Shown: positions 1 through 9,125, counted from the first letter of the stretch. The stretch: 33,628 nt of DNA from Verrucomicrobiota bacterium (GCA_017557085.1 JAFZAR010000297.1:1-33628), one strand, 5' to 3'. The notes: generated by a model not told the origin, from the sequence alone. A program made the numbers and translations.

Positions 1-704
1 AACGGCTTCACCTGACTGCGATCCTTCGTATCCATGGCGGAGACAATCTGCTTCAGGGCAACCTCCTGTGCGGGATTCAGCTTGCGCGGCTGAGTGGGGA
101 TCAGCTCCATATTGGCATAAGGATCACGCAGTACTTTGAGCGGAGCCAGCGTGACTTTGCCCGTTCTTTCCAGTCGGCGCACGATGTCAGCCGTACAGCC
201 CATCTCCTCCACCAGCTTTGTCAGCGGCAATTCCCCCTTCTGCTGGATAAAATCTAAAACTTCCTTCTGTCTCTTGGTCAGCTTGGCTGGTTCGGGAACA
301 CCTTGATTGTAGCGGACATAAAGCTGTTTTTTCCAGCCTTCCTGCTCGCGGCAGACCATTTTGGGCAGCAGACTCCTCAGCGCCACTTCCACCGAACAGC
401 AGTAGTACCCGGCCATCCAGACCGCCAGCGCCATCACTTTGGGAGTGATCAGGTTCTGCTCGCCAATGACTTTGATGATGCGTTTGAGTTTGAGCGGAAC
501 TTCCGTGCCGGGCAGCATACCTTCTCCCGAAGGCGCGGACAGAGAAGGTTTTTCGATCACTTCTGTGACATAGCCCAGTATCTCCCGATGACCAAAAGGG
601 ACCTTGACCCGGCTGCCGACACTGACCAGACGCTCCATCTGCGGCGGCACTTCGTAATCGAAGAACTTATTCAGAGCAATTTCTGTTGCGACCCGAACGA
701 TCAT
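1..704 (-). CDS. priA: Primosomal protein N' (PriA), N-terminal part; the gene continues past the window start
   Basis: Not in the ORF track because it has no stop in the window. The minus-strand frame from ATG 704-702 stays open to base 1 (234 codons checked by hand). It translates as MIVRVATEIALNKFFDYEVPPQMERLVSVGSRVKVPFGHREILGYVTEVIEKPS...KLNPAQEVALKQIVSAM, which is the PriA N-terminal DNA-binding layout (VxVPFG.R...GyV). It ends just before the point where the helicase Walker A would follow. It starts 15 nt after the thiD stop. Confidence 0.75.
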   Translation of the reverse strand, partial: MIVRVATEIALNKFFDYEVPPQMERLVSVGSRVKVPFGHREILGYVTEVIEKPSLSAPSGEGMLPGTEVPLKLKRIIKVIGEQNLITPKVMALAVWMAGYYCCSVEVALRSLLPKMVCREQEGWKKQLYVRYNQGVPEPAKLTKRQKEVLDFIQQKGELPLTKLVEEMGCTADIVRRLERTGKVTLAPLKVLRDPYANMELIPTQPRKLNPAQEVALKQIVSAMDTKDRSQVKP

Positions 705-719
705 CTATCTTGTTGGGAT

Positions 720-1514
720 TCAGTGCTGTCCAAACCAATTGAGCGCATAGTGACTGCCGATCCGAACCGAGTCGGCTATCACGCGGTTGACATATTCCTT
801 GGCCTGTCCTACGGACTCTTCCAGCGAAAGACCACGACTGAGAAAAGCCGTAATGGCCGAGGAAAAAGTGCACCCTGTGCCATGAGTGGATACACCGTTG
901 ATAAACGGTTTGCTGAATACAGATTCCCGACTGCCGTCCCACAAAATATCAACAGCCTGAACTGAATCCCTCAGATGGCCTCCTTTGGCCAGGACAGGGC
1001 ATCCAAACCGCTGATACAACTCGCGGGCAGCATCGGATAATTCAGAACGGTTCCGGATCGGATGATCCAGCAAATAAACAGCTTCATCCAGATTCGGGGT
1101 CAACAGTGAAGCCAGCGGGAACAACTCCCGGCACAGAGCCTGAACCGCGTCATCCTGCAGCAATTTGGCTCCGCTGGTGCTGATCATTACCGGATCCACG
1201 ACCAGTTTCAGGGACTTATCCTTCAAAAACTCCGCTACAGTATGGATCAGATCCGCACTGTAGAGCATCCCCGTTTTGACCGCGGAGGGAGGCAGTTCTC
1301 TGAAAACAGCCTGAAGCTGATGACGCAGAAAATCAACGGAAGACGGCATGACAGCCAGGACTTCCGCCGGATTCTGCGCTGTCATGCAGGTCAATACGGA
1401 ACAGCCATGTACTCCCAGAGCGGCAAAGGTCTTGAGATCCGCCTGTATCCCGGCACCGCCGCCTGTATCCGCGCCGGCTATTGTAAGCGCTATCGGCAAT
1501 GAAATACGATCCAT
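720..1514 (-). CDS. thiD: Hydroxymethylpyrimidine / phosphomethylpyrimidine kinase (ThiD)
   Basis: ORF 720..1583 contains [29 protein letters not shown] and [14 protein letters not shown], both ThiD/PfkB-type motifs. The track start at 1583 is a TTG inside the rplQ terminator loop. ATG 1514-1512 ([14 protein letters not shown]...) gives the usual N-terminus, and GTG at 1520 is also possible. Confidence 0.88.
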   Translation of the reverse strand: MDRISLPIALTIAGADTGGGAGIQADLKTFAALGVHGCSVLTCMTAQNPAEVLAVMPSSVDFLRHQLQAVFRELPPSAVKTGMLYSADLIHTVAEFLKDKSLKLVVDPVMISTSGAKLLQDDAVQALCRELFPLASLLTPNLDEAVYLLDHPIRNRSELSDAARELYQRFGCPVLAKGGHLRDSVQAVDILWDGSRESVFSKPFINGVSTHGTGCTFSSAITAFLSRGLSLEESVGQAKEYVNRVIADSVRIGSHYALNWFGQH

Positions 1515-1566
1515 ATCCACAAATTTACCCGGCTCCTTATACCTGTTTTGAGCGATTCCATAAAGC

Positions 1567-1593
1567 AAAAAAGCTCTTCCCAACGGAAGAGCT
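1567..1593 (-). terminator. Rho-independent terminator downstream of rplQ (end of the alpha operon)
   Basis: The minus-strand RNA reads AGCUCUUCC-guug-GGAAGAGCU (9-bp stem at 1585..1593 / 1572..1580, 4-nt loop). It is followed immediately by UUUUUU (forward A-run 1567..1572). It lies 24 nt after the rplQ stop. Confidence 0.8.
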
Positions 1594-1616
1594 CTGAAAA
1601 AACTTACAAACTTCTA

Positions 1617-2198
1617 TTACGCTTTGGCTTCGCCTTCAGCGGGTTTGTCAGCGGCGGCCTTGGCTTCCTCGGCCTTCACTTCCGCAACGGTAGCGGGAGC
1701 CGGAAGATCTTTGGTCGCGGCCGTAGCCTCAGCAGCATTCGCTGCCACGTTATCCTCCACCCATTCAATGATGGCCACGCGGGAGGCATCGCCTCTGCGC
1801 TGAACAGCAGCATGAATGATGCGGGTATAACCACCGGCGCGTTCTTTCTGGGCAGGAGCCAGCTCTTTGAACAGAGTGGTCACGGCATCTTCCTGACGAA
1901 GATCCGCCACAGCCAGACGACGATAATGGAGTCCGCCTCTCTTGCCGATCTCTTTGCGGATGGCCTTCTCATCGGTGATACCCTCTTTAGTGAGGTTTTC
2001 ACGAATAAGAGCTTCACGGGCCAGAGATTTACGGGCCAGAGTCATCACCTTTTCGGCGACAGGACGAACAGCCTTGGCTTTTGCTAAAGTAGTGGTAATG
2101 CGTTTGTGCTTGATCAGACTGCAAACCATGTTTGCCAGCATCGCGTTGCGGTGGGCAGTGGTACGCCCAAGCTTAGCAGTACGTTTTAAATGACGCAT
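1617..2198 (-). CDS. rplQ: 50S ribosomal protein L17 (193 aa, with an internal insertion and an Ala/Glu/Lys-rich C-terminal tail)
   Basis: MRHLKRTAKLGRTTAHRNAML...AGGYTRII is the L17 signature. It is the last gene of the alpha operon, after rpoA. Confidence 0.95.
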   Translation of the reverse strand: MRHLKRTAKLGRTTAHRNAMLANMVCSLIKHKRITTTLAKAKAVRPVAEKVMTLARKSLAREALIRENLTKEGITDEKAIRKEIGKRGGLHYRRLAVADLRQEDAVTTLFKELAPAQKERAGGYTRIIHAAVQRRGDASRVAIIEWVEDNVAANAAEATAATKDLPAPATVAEVKAEEAKAAADKPAEGEAKA

Positions 2199-2207
2199 AA
2201 AGTATAA

Positions 2208-3233
2208 TTACTGATTCGGTTGTTTATCTTTAACTTCTTTATTAATTGACTCGATAAGCTCGTTATCGAATTTCATGCCCAGGCTCAATCCCAAGGCGGT
2301 GAGCTTATCTTTGATCTCATTCAGCGACTTCTTACCGAAGTTGCGGTATTTGAGCATTTCCTGTTCACTCTTCATAGCCAGCTGGCCGACTGTAGTGATG
2401 TTGGCGTTGTTCAAGCAGTTAGCCGCACGCACACTCAGCTCGATCTCGTTGACGCTCATGCACAAGAGCTTGCGCAGCTGCGCACGCTGATCATCGCGCT
2501 GGGCGGCCTCTTCCTCGAACTCGATCGAAGTTCTGTCATAGTTGACAAAGACATCGAAGTGATGGTGCAGGATCGCAGCCCCCTGAGTCAGAGCGTCATC
2601 CGGAGTAATACGTCCATCGGTCCAGATTTCCAGGACCAGACGGTCATAATCCGTGCGCTGTCCCACACGAGCGCTTTCCACAGCATAACGGACACGTGTC
2701 ACCGGAGAAAACAGAGAATCGATCGCGATCACGCCAATGGGCTGATCCAGCTTCTTATTCTCATCACCGGGGCAGTATCCACGGCCGATGCGCACATCGA
2801 ATTCCATATCCAGCTTGCGCTTCTTGTCCAAAGTGCAGATCAGCTGATCCGGATTCACACATTCCACGTTCTGATTGGTCTGAATATCCGCGGCAGTCAC
2901 AGGACCCTCTTTATTCACAGAGAGATAAAGAGTTTGCGGATCCCGTGTAAAAGCCTTGAAAAGGATCTTCTTCAGGTTCAGAACGATCTCGGTGACATCC
3001 TCCACCACATCTTCAATGGTGGTAAACTCGTGCATCGCACCGTCAATCTTGACGTTCGTGATGGCCGCTCCCTCCAGAGAGGAAAGCAGCACCCGGCGCA
3101 GAGCGTTGCCCAGCGTATAGCCGTAACCGGTTTCAAACGGTTCAGCAACGAACTTCGCATAGGTAGGGGTCGCGGTCGCTTCATCTTTCCACAACCGCTT
3201 AGGCATTTCAAAACGGCCTAATCTTACTGGCAT
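2208..3233 (-). CDS. rpoA: DNA-directed RNA polymerase subunit alpha
   Basis: 341 aa, with GYGYTLGNALRRVLLSS at the N-terminus and a C-terminal domain reading ELSVRAANCLNNANITTVGQL. It lies between rpsD and rplQ. Confidence 0.97.
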   Translation of the reverse strand: MPVRLGRFEMPKRLWKDEATATPTYAKFVAEPFETGYGYTLGNALRRVLLSSLEGAAITNVKIDGAMHEFTTIEDVVEDVTEIVLNLKKILFKAFTRDPQTLYLSVNKEGPVTAADIQTNQNVECVNPDQLICTLDKKRKLDMEFDVRIGRGYCPGDENKKLDQPIGVIAIDSLFSPVTRVRYAVESARVGQRTDYDRLVLEIWTDGRITPDDALTQGAAILHHHFDVFVNYDRTSIEFEEEAAQRDDQRAQLRKLLCMSVNEIELSVRAANCLNNANITTVGQLAMKSEQEMLKYRNFGKKSLNEIKDKLTALGLSLGMKFDNELIESINKEVKDKQPNQ

Positions 3234-3329
3234 AATATATCTTTCTAAAAGCAGTTTTAACCTGAGCTTGTCCCCTATCCCGTGAGAACAAGCCCCATAT
3301 ACCTGCTAAATTGAATGAATAAACAAATG

Positions 3330-3938
3330 TTAACGGGAATAGAACTCAACGACAGCCTGGTCATTCGCGATCGGCTGAATGTCTTCACGAGTCGGCATAC
3401 GCATGATCGTGCCGCGGAAGGAATCTTTATTCAGACCCAGCCAGGCGGGGATGATGCGGTTCGTGCTCAGCTCCATGTTGTGAGCGGCCAGCTGACGGGA
3501 GACGGCTTTTTCTTTAACGTCCACCGTGTCGCCAACTTTGACAACATAGGAAGGGATCGTCACCTTGCGGCCGTTGACCAGGATATGGCCATGGACCACC
3601 ATCTGACGAGCCTGAGCGCGGGTTTGACCGAAACCCAGTTGATAAACAACATTGTCCAGACGTGTCTCCAGCATTTCCAGCATGATTGTGCCGGTCACAC
3701 CACGACGACGAGCTGCGGCTTCATAGATATTACGGAACTGTTTCTCCAACAGACCATAATAATAACGCATCTTCTGTTTTTCCATCAGACCCATGGCATA
3801 CTCACTGTTCTTGCGGTGAGCTCTCGGACCATGGACTCCGGGTGGATACTGTCTGCGTTCAAGATACTTGGAATTACCAAAAATTGCTACGCCGAAACGA
3901 CGGCTAATGCGAACTCTCGGACCTTTGTAACGTGCCAT
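3330..3938 (-). CDS. rpsD: 30S ribosomal protein S4
   Basis: 202 aa beginning MARYKGPRVRISRRFG, with an S4 RNA-binding domain (RLDNVVYQLGF...ARQMVVHGHILVNG). Confidence 0.97.
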   Translation of the reverse strand: MARYKGPRVRISRRFGVAIFGNSKYLERRQYPPGVHGPRAHRKNSEYAMGLMEKQKMRYYYGLLEKQFRNIYEAAARRRGVTGTIMLEMLETRLDNVVYQLGFGQTRAQARQMVVHGHILVNGRKVTIPSYVVKVGDTVDVKEKAVSRQLAAHNMELSTNRIIPAWLGLNKDSFRGTIMRMPTREDIQPIANDQAVVEFYSR

Positions 3939-3969
3939 AATTTCTAAATCTCCTATCTATTTATTTGTT

Positions 3970-4653
3970 TTAGACGCGACGACGTTTACGTGGACGACAT
4001 CCGTTGTGCGGAACCGGAGTCACATCTTTGATTGTATTAATGTCCAAACCAATAGCTTGCAGAGCGCGGATGGCGGATTCACGTCCGGCACCGGGGCCGC
4101 TCACGCGCACTTCTACTTCACGCATACCATGAGACAGAGCCTGACGGGCTGCGTCCTGGGCTACCTGCTGAGCCGCAAACGCGGTGCTCTTGCGGGAACC
4201 TTTGAAACCTACGCGGCCGGCCGTTGCCCAGGCAATCGTGTTGCCGTGCATATCGGTAATGGTAACGATGGTATTATTAAAACTGGCATCAATGTGTGCG
4301 ATACCGTTTGCGATATTCTTTGCGCCTTTGACCTTGATGATCTTGCGCGCGGCTGTAAGGTCTTCACCGAGCAGTTCCGCCACTGTAGGAGCGGAAACCA
4401 CGCCCACCTGAGGCTGTTCGGGAGCTTTTTCTGCTTCCTTGGCTTCTTCCTTGGCGGGTTCGCCTTCAGCCTTGGGTTCAGCAGCTTTTGCCTTACCTTC
4501 TGTCTTCTTTCCTTCGGCCTTAGCCTTAGGAGCGGCCTTAGCCTTCTTGGGCTTGGCCTCTGTTGTTGTTTCCTGCTTTTCTTCCGCAGCAGGAGCCGCT
4601 TTCTTAATCTCCTCTTCTGCAGGAGCCGTATTTTTGTTGGTCTCGTCAGCCAT
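3970..4653 (-). CDS. rpsK: 30S ribosomal protein S11 with a long N-terminal low-complexity extension (227 aa)
   Basis: The C-terminal ~130 aa are canonical S11 ([22 protein letters not shown]...[16 protein letters not shown]). The ATG at 4653 lies 6 nt after the rpsM stop. The next in-frame ATG is deep inside the conserved core. Confidence 0.9.
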   Translation of the reverse strand: MADETNKNTAPAEEEIKKAAPAAEEKQETTTEAKPKKAKAAPKAKAEGKKTEGKAKAAEPKAEGEPAKEEAKEAEKAPEQPQVGVVSAPTVAELLGEDLTAARKIIKVKGAKNIANGIAHIDASFNNTIVTITDMHGNTIAWATAGRVGFKGSRKSTAFAAQQVAQDAARQALSHGMREVEVRVSGPGAGRESAIRALQAIGLDINTIKDVTPVPHNGCRPRKRRRV

Positions 4654-4659
4654 AATCGT

Positions 4660-5055
4660 TTAGTGGATACCAGCTTTGGCGTTAGGGTTGCGCTGCACAC
4701 CGACGGTCTTACGCGGACCTTTGCGGGTGCGAGCATTAGTTGATGTTCTTTGACCACGAACCGGCAGGCTGCGCAGGTGGCGGATGCCACGATAGCACTT
4801 GATGCCCTGGAGCCGTTTGAGGTTCATTCCGACTTCGCGTCTTAAATCGCCTTCAATCAGATAGCCGTCATTTTGAATGATGCTGACAATCTGAGACAGA
4901 TCCTGATCTGTCAGGTTTTTGGCCCGAACACTCGGGTCAATTTTAGCCTTTGCAAGTATTTCCTTCGCTATGGAAGGGCCGATACCATAGACATACCTCA
5001 GCGCAATATCAATGCGCTTTTCACTGGGTATATCTACACCTAAAATTCTAGCCAT
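4660..5055 (-). CDS. rpsM: 30S ribosomal protein S13
   Basis: 131 aa beginning [26 protein letters not shown], with [26 protein letters not shown] further on. Confidence 0.97.
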   Translation of the reverse strand: MARILGVDIPSEKRIDIALRYVYGIGPSIAKEILAKAKIDPSVRAKNLTDQDLSQIVSIIQNDGYLIEGDLRREVGMNLKRLQGIKCYRGIRHLRSLPVRGQRTSTNARTRKGPRKTVGVQRNPNAKAGIH

Positions 5056-5067
5056 ATTCTATATTGT

Positions 5068-5184
5068 TTAGCCTTGACGCTGTTTATGCCGTGCATTCGA
5101 GGAGCAAATCACACGAATCACGCCCTTGCGGCGCACTATTTTACAGTGCTCGCACATTCTTTTTACCGATGCTCTAACTTTCAT
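5068..5184 (-). CDS. rpmJ: 50S ribosomal protein L36 (zinc-ribbon type)
   Basis: Hand-translated and absent from the ORF track (38 aa): [38 protein letters not shown] followed by a stop. It has the CxxC...C...H pattern and the canonical position between infA and rpsM. Confidence 0.92.
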   Translation of the reverse strand: MKVRASVKRMCEHCKIVRRKGVIRVICSSNARHKQRQG

Positions 5185-5192
5185 GTTATCGC

Positions 5193-5411
5193 TTAGTTTA
5201 ATTTACTCAAAATACTGCCCTCTGAAAGATCAAAAGGCGATACTTCTAATATGACCCACTCACCGATACGGAGTTCAATCGGGTCCTTCTTCAACTCCGA
5301 ACAAAAAAAAGCGATGACTCGATGCCCATTTATCAGTTCAGCAACCCACAACTTATCTCGTTTTTGCTCAACGATCTTCGCTGCGATGTGTACCGCTCCT
5401 AATCTGGACAT
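5193..5411 (-). CDS. infA: Translation initiation factor IF-1 homologue (S1-like OB fold), unusually diverged
   Basis: 72 aa in the canonical slot between map and rpmJ. It aligns without gaps to E. coli IF1 ([12 protein letters not shown] / VELENGHVVTA; VSPFDLSEG / LTPYDLSKG). Its ATG overlaps the map stop by 13 nt. Confidence 0.72.
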   Translation of the reverse strand: MSRLGAVHIAAKIVEQKRDKLWVAELINGHRVIAFFCSELKKDPIELRIGEWVILEVSPFDLSEGSILSKLN

Positions 5412-6154
5412 GTGAGTATCTCCGGTTCCCCATCTGTTATTAGAACCGTATGTTCAAAATGGGCTGAAAGGCTACCATCTTTGGTCACCGTTGTCCAGCC
5501 ATCTCTTAAAATCTTTAATGCATCGTCCCCGGCATTGACCATCGGCTCGATCGCGATCGTCATTCCGGGCACCAGCAAGGGTGATTTAGACCCATCCACA
5601 AAATTAGGGACTTGAGGCTCTTCGTGGAGATGCTTCCCCACTCCGTGGCCCACGAATTCTTTTACCACACTACAGCCATGGCTTTCAACCCATTTTTGCA
5701 CGGCAAAGGAAATATCCGAAATTCTGTTTCCTTTTTTAGCTTGTTGAATCCCCTTTTTCAGAGCAGTTTCGGTCACGTTCAACAGCTCCTGCGCGTCCAT
5801 AGAACATCCCCCGGCCGGCACCGTCATCGCATTGTCGCCGATGTATCCTTCAAAAAGGACACCGACATCCAGGCTGACGATATCGCCCAGGACCAGTCTC
5901 TGAAAGGCGCTGCCGATCCCGTGAATGATGACATCATTCACCGAGATGCAGATCTGCCCCGGAAATCCGTGATAATTATAAAAAGCGCTCTTTCCACCAT
6001 AGTAGTCCATGCGCTCCTTAGCATATTGGTCGATCTCCAGGGTCGTTACTCCGGGCTGCACCATTTTGGCAACATCCCGGAGTACACGAGCCGAAACCTT
6101 GCCTGCCGCCCGCATCCCTTGTATTCCTTTTTCGTCTTTGATCGGAATCCTCAT
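5399..6154 (-). CDS. map: Methionine aminopeptidase, type I
   Basis: 251 aa with metal-ligand segments (VNDVIIHGIGS, DIVSLDVG, FVGHGVG, IAIEPM, HFEHTVLIT). It follows secY. Confidence 0.95.
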   Translation of the reverse strand: MRIPIKDEKGIQGMRAAGKVSARVLRDVAKMVQPGVTTLEIDQYAKERMDYYGGKSAFYNYHGFPGQICISVNDVIIHGIGSAFQRLVLGDIVSLDVGVLFEGYIGDNAMTVPAGGCSMDAQELLNVTETALKKGIQQAKKGNRISDISFAVQKWVESHGCSVVKEFVGHGVGKHLHEEPQVPNFVDGSKSPLLVPGMTIAIEPMVNAGDDALKILRDGWTTVTKDGSLSAHFEHTVLITDGEPEILTCPD

Positions 6155-6210
6155 GATACTTCTTACAGGCCGTTGTTATTCAACAAAAATTTTCAACTTC
6201 GTAAAACGCT

Positions 6211-7581
6211 TTAGAAGCGTCCGCGAATGCGTCCCTTCTTGAGGAAGCCGTCATAGTGCCTCATCATCAAGTGGGACTCGATTTGACGCATAGTGTCCAA
6301 TACTACACCGACAAGAATCAGAATGCTTGTTCCTCCAAAGAAGCTGGCCACATTATAATCAATCTTGAAGTAGCCATACATCGTCATCGGAATAATCGCA
6401 ATGATCGTCAGGAAGATCGCACCCGCCAGAGTCAAACGGCTCATCGCGTGGTGCAGGAAATCACAGGTCACCTGGCCGGGTCTGACACCTGGGATATAAC
6501 CGCCGTTCTTCTTCAGATCGTCCGAGATCTGCAGCTCATTGAACTGAGTCGCCACCCAGAAATAGGTGAAGAAGATAACCATAGCGGCATATACGATCAG
6601 GTACAGCAGCTGGCCGGAATGCAGCTGACGGGCGATCTCATTGAAGAGTTTCACCTCGAAAGCGCTTCCCAAATAGGTGAAGATCGTAGCAGGGAACATC
6701 AGCAACGCCTGAGCGAAGATGATCGGCATAACGCCCGCATAGTTCACACGCAGCGGCAGGAAAGAAGTCGTTCCCGCATAGGATTTACGACCCACTGTGC
6801 GCTGTGCGTACTGAACGGGGATCTTGCGCTGTGCCTGGGTAATCGCGATCACCGAGGCGACCACAACCACCATCAGGACGATCATCAGCACCATGTGTCC
6901 CATGTTGAACTGAGAGTCGGCACTGGTGAAGAACATATCCTTAACACCTTGAGCCGCAAGCGGGATACGCGAAAGGATACCGATCGTAATGATCAAAGAG
7001 ATACCATTACCGATACCGCGTTCGGTGATCTGTTCACCCAGCCACATGAGCATGACGGTACCGGTCGTCAGCAGGATCGCTGTCTGGATCCGGTACCACC
7101 ACAGATTGTCCACTAATACTAGATTTCCCTCGAAACCGGAGAATAATTTACCCGGATGCTCGAAAGCTAACGCCATTACGAAACCCTGTCCCAGACAGAG
7201 CAGTACCGTCAACACACGTCCATATTGGATGATTTTGATCCGTCCGCCGGCTTCACGGGCCAAACGGCTCAGTTTACCCACAACAGCGGTAAGCAGCTGC
7301 AGGACGATCGTAGCACTGATATATGGCATGATGCCCAATGTGCCCACGGCGCAGCGCTCAAGCGCACCACCCGTGAACATACTGTACATACCCAGCAGGC
7401 CACCACCTACGTCAGCGTGTGAATCAAAATACTGCTTCAGGAGGCTGCTATCCAGTCCCGGCAAGGGAATGATAGCCGCGAGCCTGCAAATACCCAGAAC
7501 GATCAGGGTAAAGAAGATACGGGAGCGCAGCTCCGGGATCTTGAAGCAGTTAGCGAATGTATTGACAATATTTTTTAACAT
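6211..7581 (-). CDS. secY: Preprotein translocase subunit SecY
   Basis: 456 aa and multi-pass hydrophobic, with typical SecY segments (GIMPYISATIVLQLL, GEQITERGIGNGISLII). It follows rplO. Confidence 0.96.
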   Translation of the reverse strand: MLKNIVNTFANCFKIPELRSRIFFTLIVLGICRLAAIIPLPGLDSSLLKQYFDSHADVGGGLLGMYSMFTGGALERCAVGTLGIMPYISATIVLQLLTAVVGKLSRLAREAGGRIKIIQYGRVLTVLLCLGQGFVMALAFEHPGKLFSGFEGNLVLVDNLWWYRIQTAILLTTGTVMLMWLGEQITERGIGNGISLIITIGILSRIPLAAQGVKDMFFTSADSQFNMGHMVLMIVLMVVVVASVIAITQAQRKIPVQYAQRTVGRKSYAGTTSFLPLRVNYAGVMPIIFAQALLMFPATIFTYLGSAFEVKLFNEIARQLHSGQLLYLIVYAAMVIFFTYFWVATQFNELQISDDLKKNGGYIPGVRPGQVTCDFLHHAMSRLTLAGAIFLTIIAIIPMTMYGYFKIDYNVASFFGGTSILILVGVVLDTMRQIESHLMMRHYDGFLKKGRIRGRF

Positions 7582-7593
7582 GAACAGCGTTCG

Positions 7594-8091
7594 TTATTTA
7601 TTCTCGGAGGAAGAACAGGCGCTGGCCTTGGATTCTTTCCTCGCTGCCGGAGCGACTTCACAGACACCGCCGGCGGCTTCGATCTTTTGTTTGGCCGCCG
7701 CGCTGAATTTATCAGCGACAATGGTCAATTTCTTGGTTAAATCACCAGTCGCAAGGATCTTGACTCCGTCATTGTGACCACGGACCAGACCGCAGGCGCG
7801 CAAGGCTGTCTCGTCAACGCGAGCGCCTTCGTCGAAACGGTTCAGATCACTCAGATTCACAACGGAATAGATCGTTGCAAAACGGATGTTGTTAAATCCA
7901 CGTTTTGGAATACGGCGATAGAGAGGCATCTGACCACCCTCGAAACCGGGGCGGATGGATGAACCTGAACGAGCGGTCTGACCTTTGCCACCACGACCGG
8001 AGGTCTTGCCCAAGCCGCTTGACTCACCTTTACCAAGACGTTTTACCCGATGGCGTGCGCCAGCGCGGGGTTTAAGTGTGTGTAATTGCAT
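7594..8091 (-). CDS. rplO: 50S ribosomal protein L15
   Basis: [38 protein letters not shown]...[17 protein letters not shown]. The track start at 8100 is a TTG overlapping the rpsE stop (TTGA). ATG 8091-8089 gives the canonical M-x-L-x-x-L-x-P N-terminus. Either start is possible. Confidence 0.93.
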   Translation of the reverse strand: MQLHTLKPRAGARHRVKRLGKGESSGLGKTSGRGGKGQTARSGSSIRPGFEGGQMPLYRRIPKRGFNNIRFATIYSVVNLSDLNRFDEGARVDETALRACGLVRGHNDGVKILATGDLTKKLTIVADKFSAAAKQKIEAAGGVCEVAPAARKESKASACSSSENK

Positions 8092-8096
8092 ACCAA

Positions 8097-8693
8097 TCAA
8101 GCTTCAGTTGTTGTTTCATCTTTCGGTTTGCGGTTGAGCCCGCGAACCTGCTGGATTTCATCACGAGTGCGCAGCATCTTCAGAGCGGCGATTGTGGCCT
8201 TGACCACATTGGCCGGGTTATTGGAACCCATGCTCTTGCTGAGTACGTCCTTGATCCCTACCGCCTCCAGGACTGCTCTCACAGTCTTGCCGGCGATGAT
8301 GCCCGTACCTTCAGAGGCCGGACGAAGAAGGATCCTGGCTCCGTCATAAGCGGCGCTGACTTCATGCGGAATGGTGTATCCCTTGTAAGAGATCTTCTCC
8401 ATGCGCATCTTGGCCAGTTCTGTACCGCGGCGGATCGCATCAGACACTTCGTTTGCTTTACCCAAAGCCAGACCGTACTTGCCGGCGCGGTCACCTACGA
8501 TGACGAGCGCGCTGAAGTTGAAACGACGGCCACCTTTGACTACCTTAGAGGAACGGTTGATGAAAACAACCTTCTCATGCAGCTCCGGTCCTTGCTCTTG
8601 AGGGAACTCGCCCTTCTTCTGCTCAAAGGAGCGGCGTTGTGAGCGTCCCTGTCTGCCTCCATTGCGAGGATTCACATTTTTTGCTTCTGACAC
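8097..8693 (-). CDS. rpsE: 30S ribosomal protein S5
   Basis: 198 aa with [24 protein letters not shown] and GTGIIAG motifs, plus about 30 aa of basic N-terminal lead-in. Confidence 0.96.
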   Translation of the reverse strand: MSEAKNVNPRNGGRQGRSQRRSFEQKKGEFPQEQGPELHEKVVFINRSSKVVKGGRRFNFSALVIVGDRAGKYGLALGKANEVSDAIRRGTELAKMRMEKISYKGYTIPHEVSAAYDGARILLRPASEGTGIIAGKTVRAVLEAVGIKDVLSKSMGSNNPANVVKATIAALKMLRTRDEIQQVRGLNRKPKDETTTEA

Positions 8694-8714
8694 AGTAAAT
8701 TCTCCTATTACAAG

Positions 8715-9077
8715 TTAGAATACTAGACCGGTCTCTCTGGCGGCATCCGCAAGAGCTTTGACCTTACCATGATAAACAGCACCATTTCTGTCAAACACCA
8801 CCTTGGTGATGCCCGCAGCCTTGGCCGCTTCAGCGGCTTTCTTGCCGATTTCCACAGCGGACTTCACGTTTGCGGACAGCTTTGCGCTCTTACCATCTTT
8901 ATTATTGGTGGAGACCCAAGCCAGTGTTTTACCGGTTTCGTCATCAATAAACTGCACATAGATGTGCATATTGGTGAACTTAACGCTCATACGGGGGCGT
9001 TCCTGAGTTCCATTTACTTTCTTGCGAATCCGCCAGCGGCGAACTCTCAACAACCTGTTTTTCTGAATATTATTCAT
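8715..9077 (-). CDS. rplR: 50S ribosomal protein L18
   Basis: 120 aa ending FDRNGAVYHGKVKALADAARETGLVF. Confidence 0.96.
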   Translation of the reverse strand: MNNIQKNRLLRVRRWRIRKKVNGTQERPRMSVKFTNMHIYVQFIDDETGKTLAWVSTNNKDGKSAKLSANVKSAVEIGKKAAEAAKAAGITKVVFDRNGAVYHGKVKALADAARETGLVF

Positions 9078-9125
9078 CTTTTATTGGACACGGCTTGAAC
9101 CGTATCCGGGTTGTATTCAAATCAA

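Noticed and set aside
303-965. 220-aa plus-strand ORF spanning the priA / thiD junction.
   Set aside because: It is antisense to two well-supported minus-strand genes (the PriA N-terminus and ThiD). Its composition is odd (R/H/F/D-rich), it matches no recognisable family, and it crosses an intergenic gap of the real genes. It is a shadow ORF.
1515-1583. Upstream TTG start giving a 287-aa ThiD.
   Set aside because: The TTG lies in the loop of the rplQ intrinsic terminator. The added 23 residues have no counterpart in ThiD proteins as I know them. The ATG at 1514 restores the usual N-terminus.
4006-4790. Alternative-frame ORFs over the rpsK extension and the rpsM end: 4209..4790 on the minus strand (193 aa, extremely K/R-rich) and 4006..4743 on the plus strand (245 aa).
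   Set aside because: They arise from the repetitive GCC/AAG/GAA-rich DNA that encodes the S11 low-complexity arm. They overlap the conserved S11 and S13 reading frames, which must be the real ones.
5303-5310. A8/T8 homopolymer inside infA as a possible frameshift or pseudogene signal.
   Set aside because: Similarity to IF1 continues in the same frame and without gaps on both sides of the run (NGHRVIA before, [18 protein letters not shown] after). There is therefore no evidence of a frameshift.
8092-8100. TTG start for rplO overlapping the rpsE stop (TTGA).
   Set aside because: It is possible as a coupling arrangement. I preferred ATG 8091 because it yields the canonical MxLxxLxP L15 N-terminus. 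This is not decidable from sequence alone.
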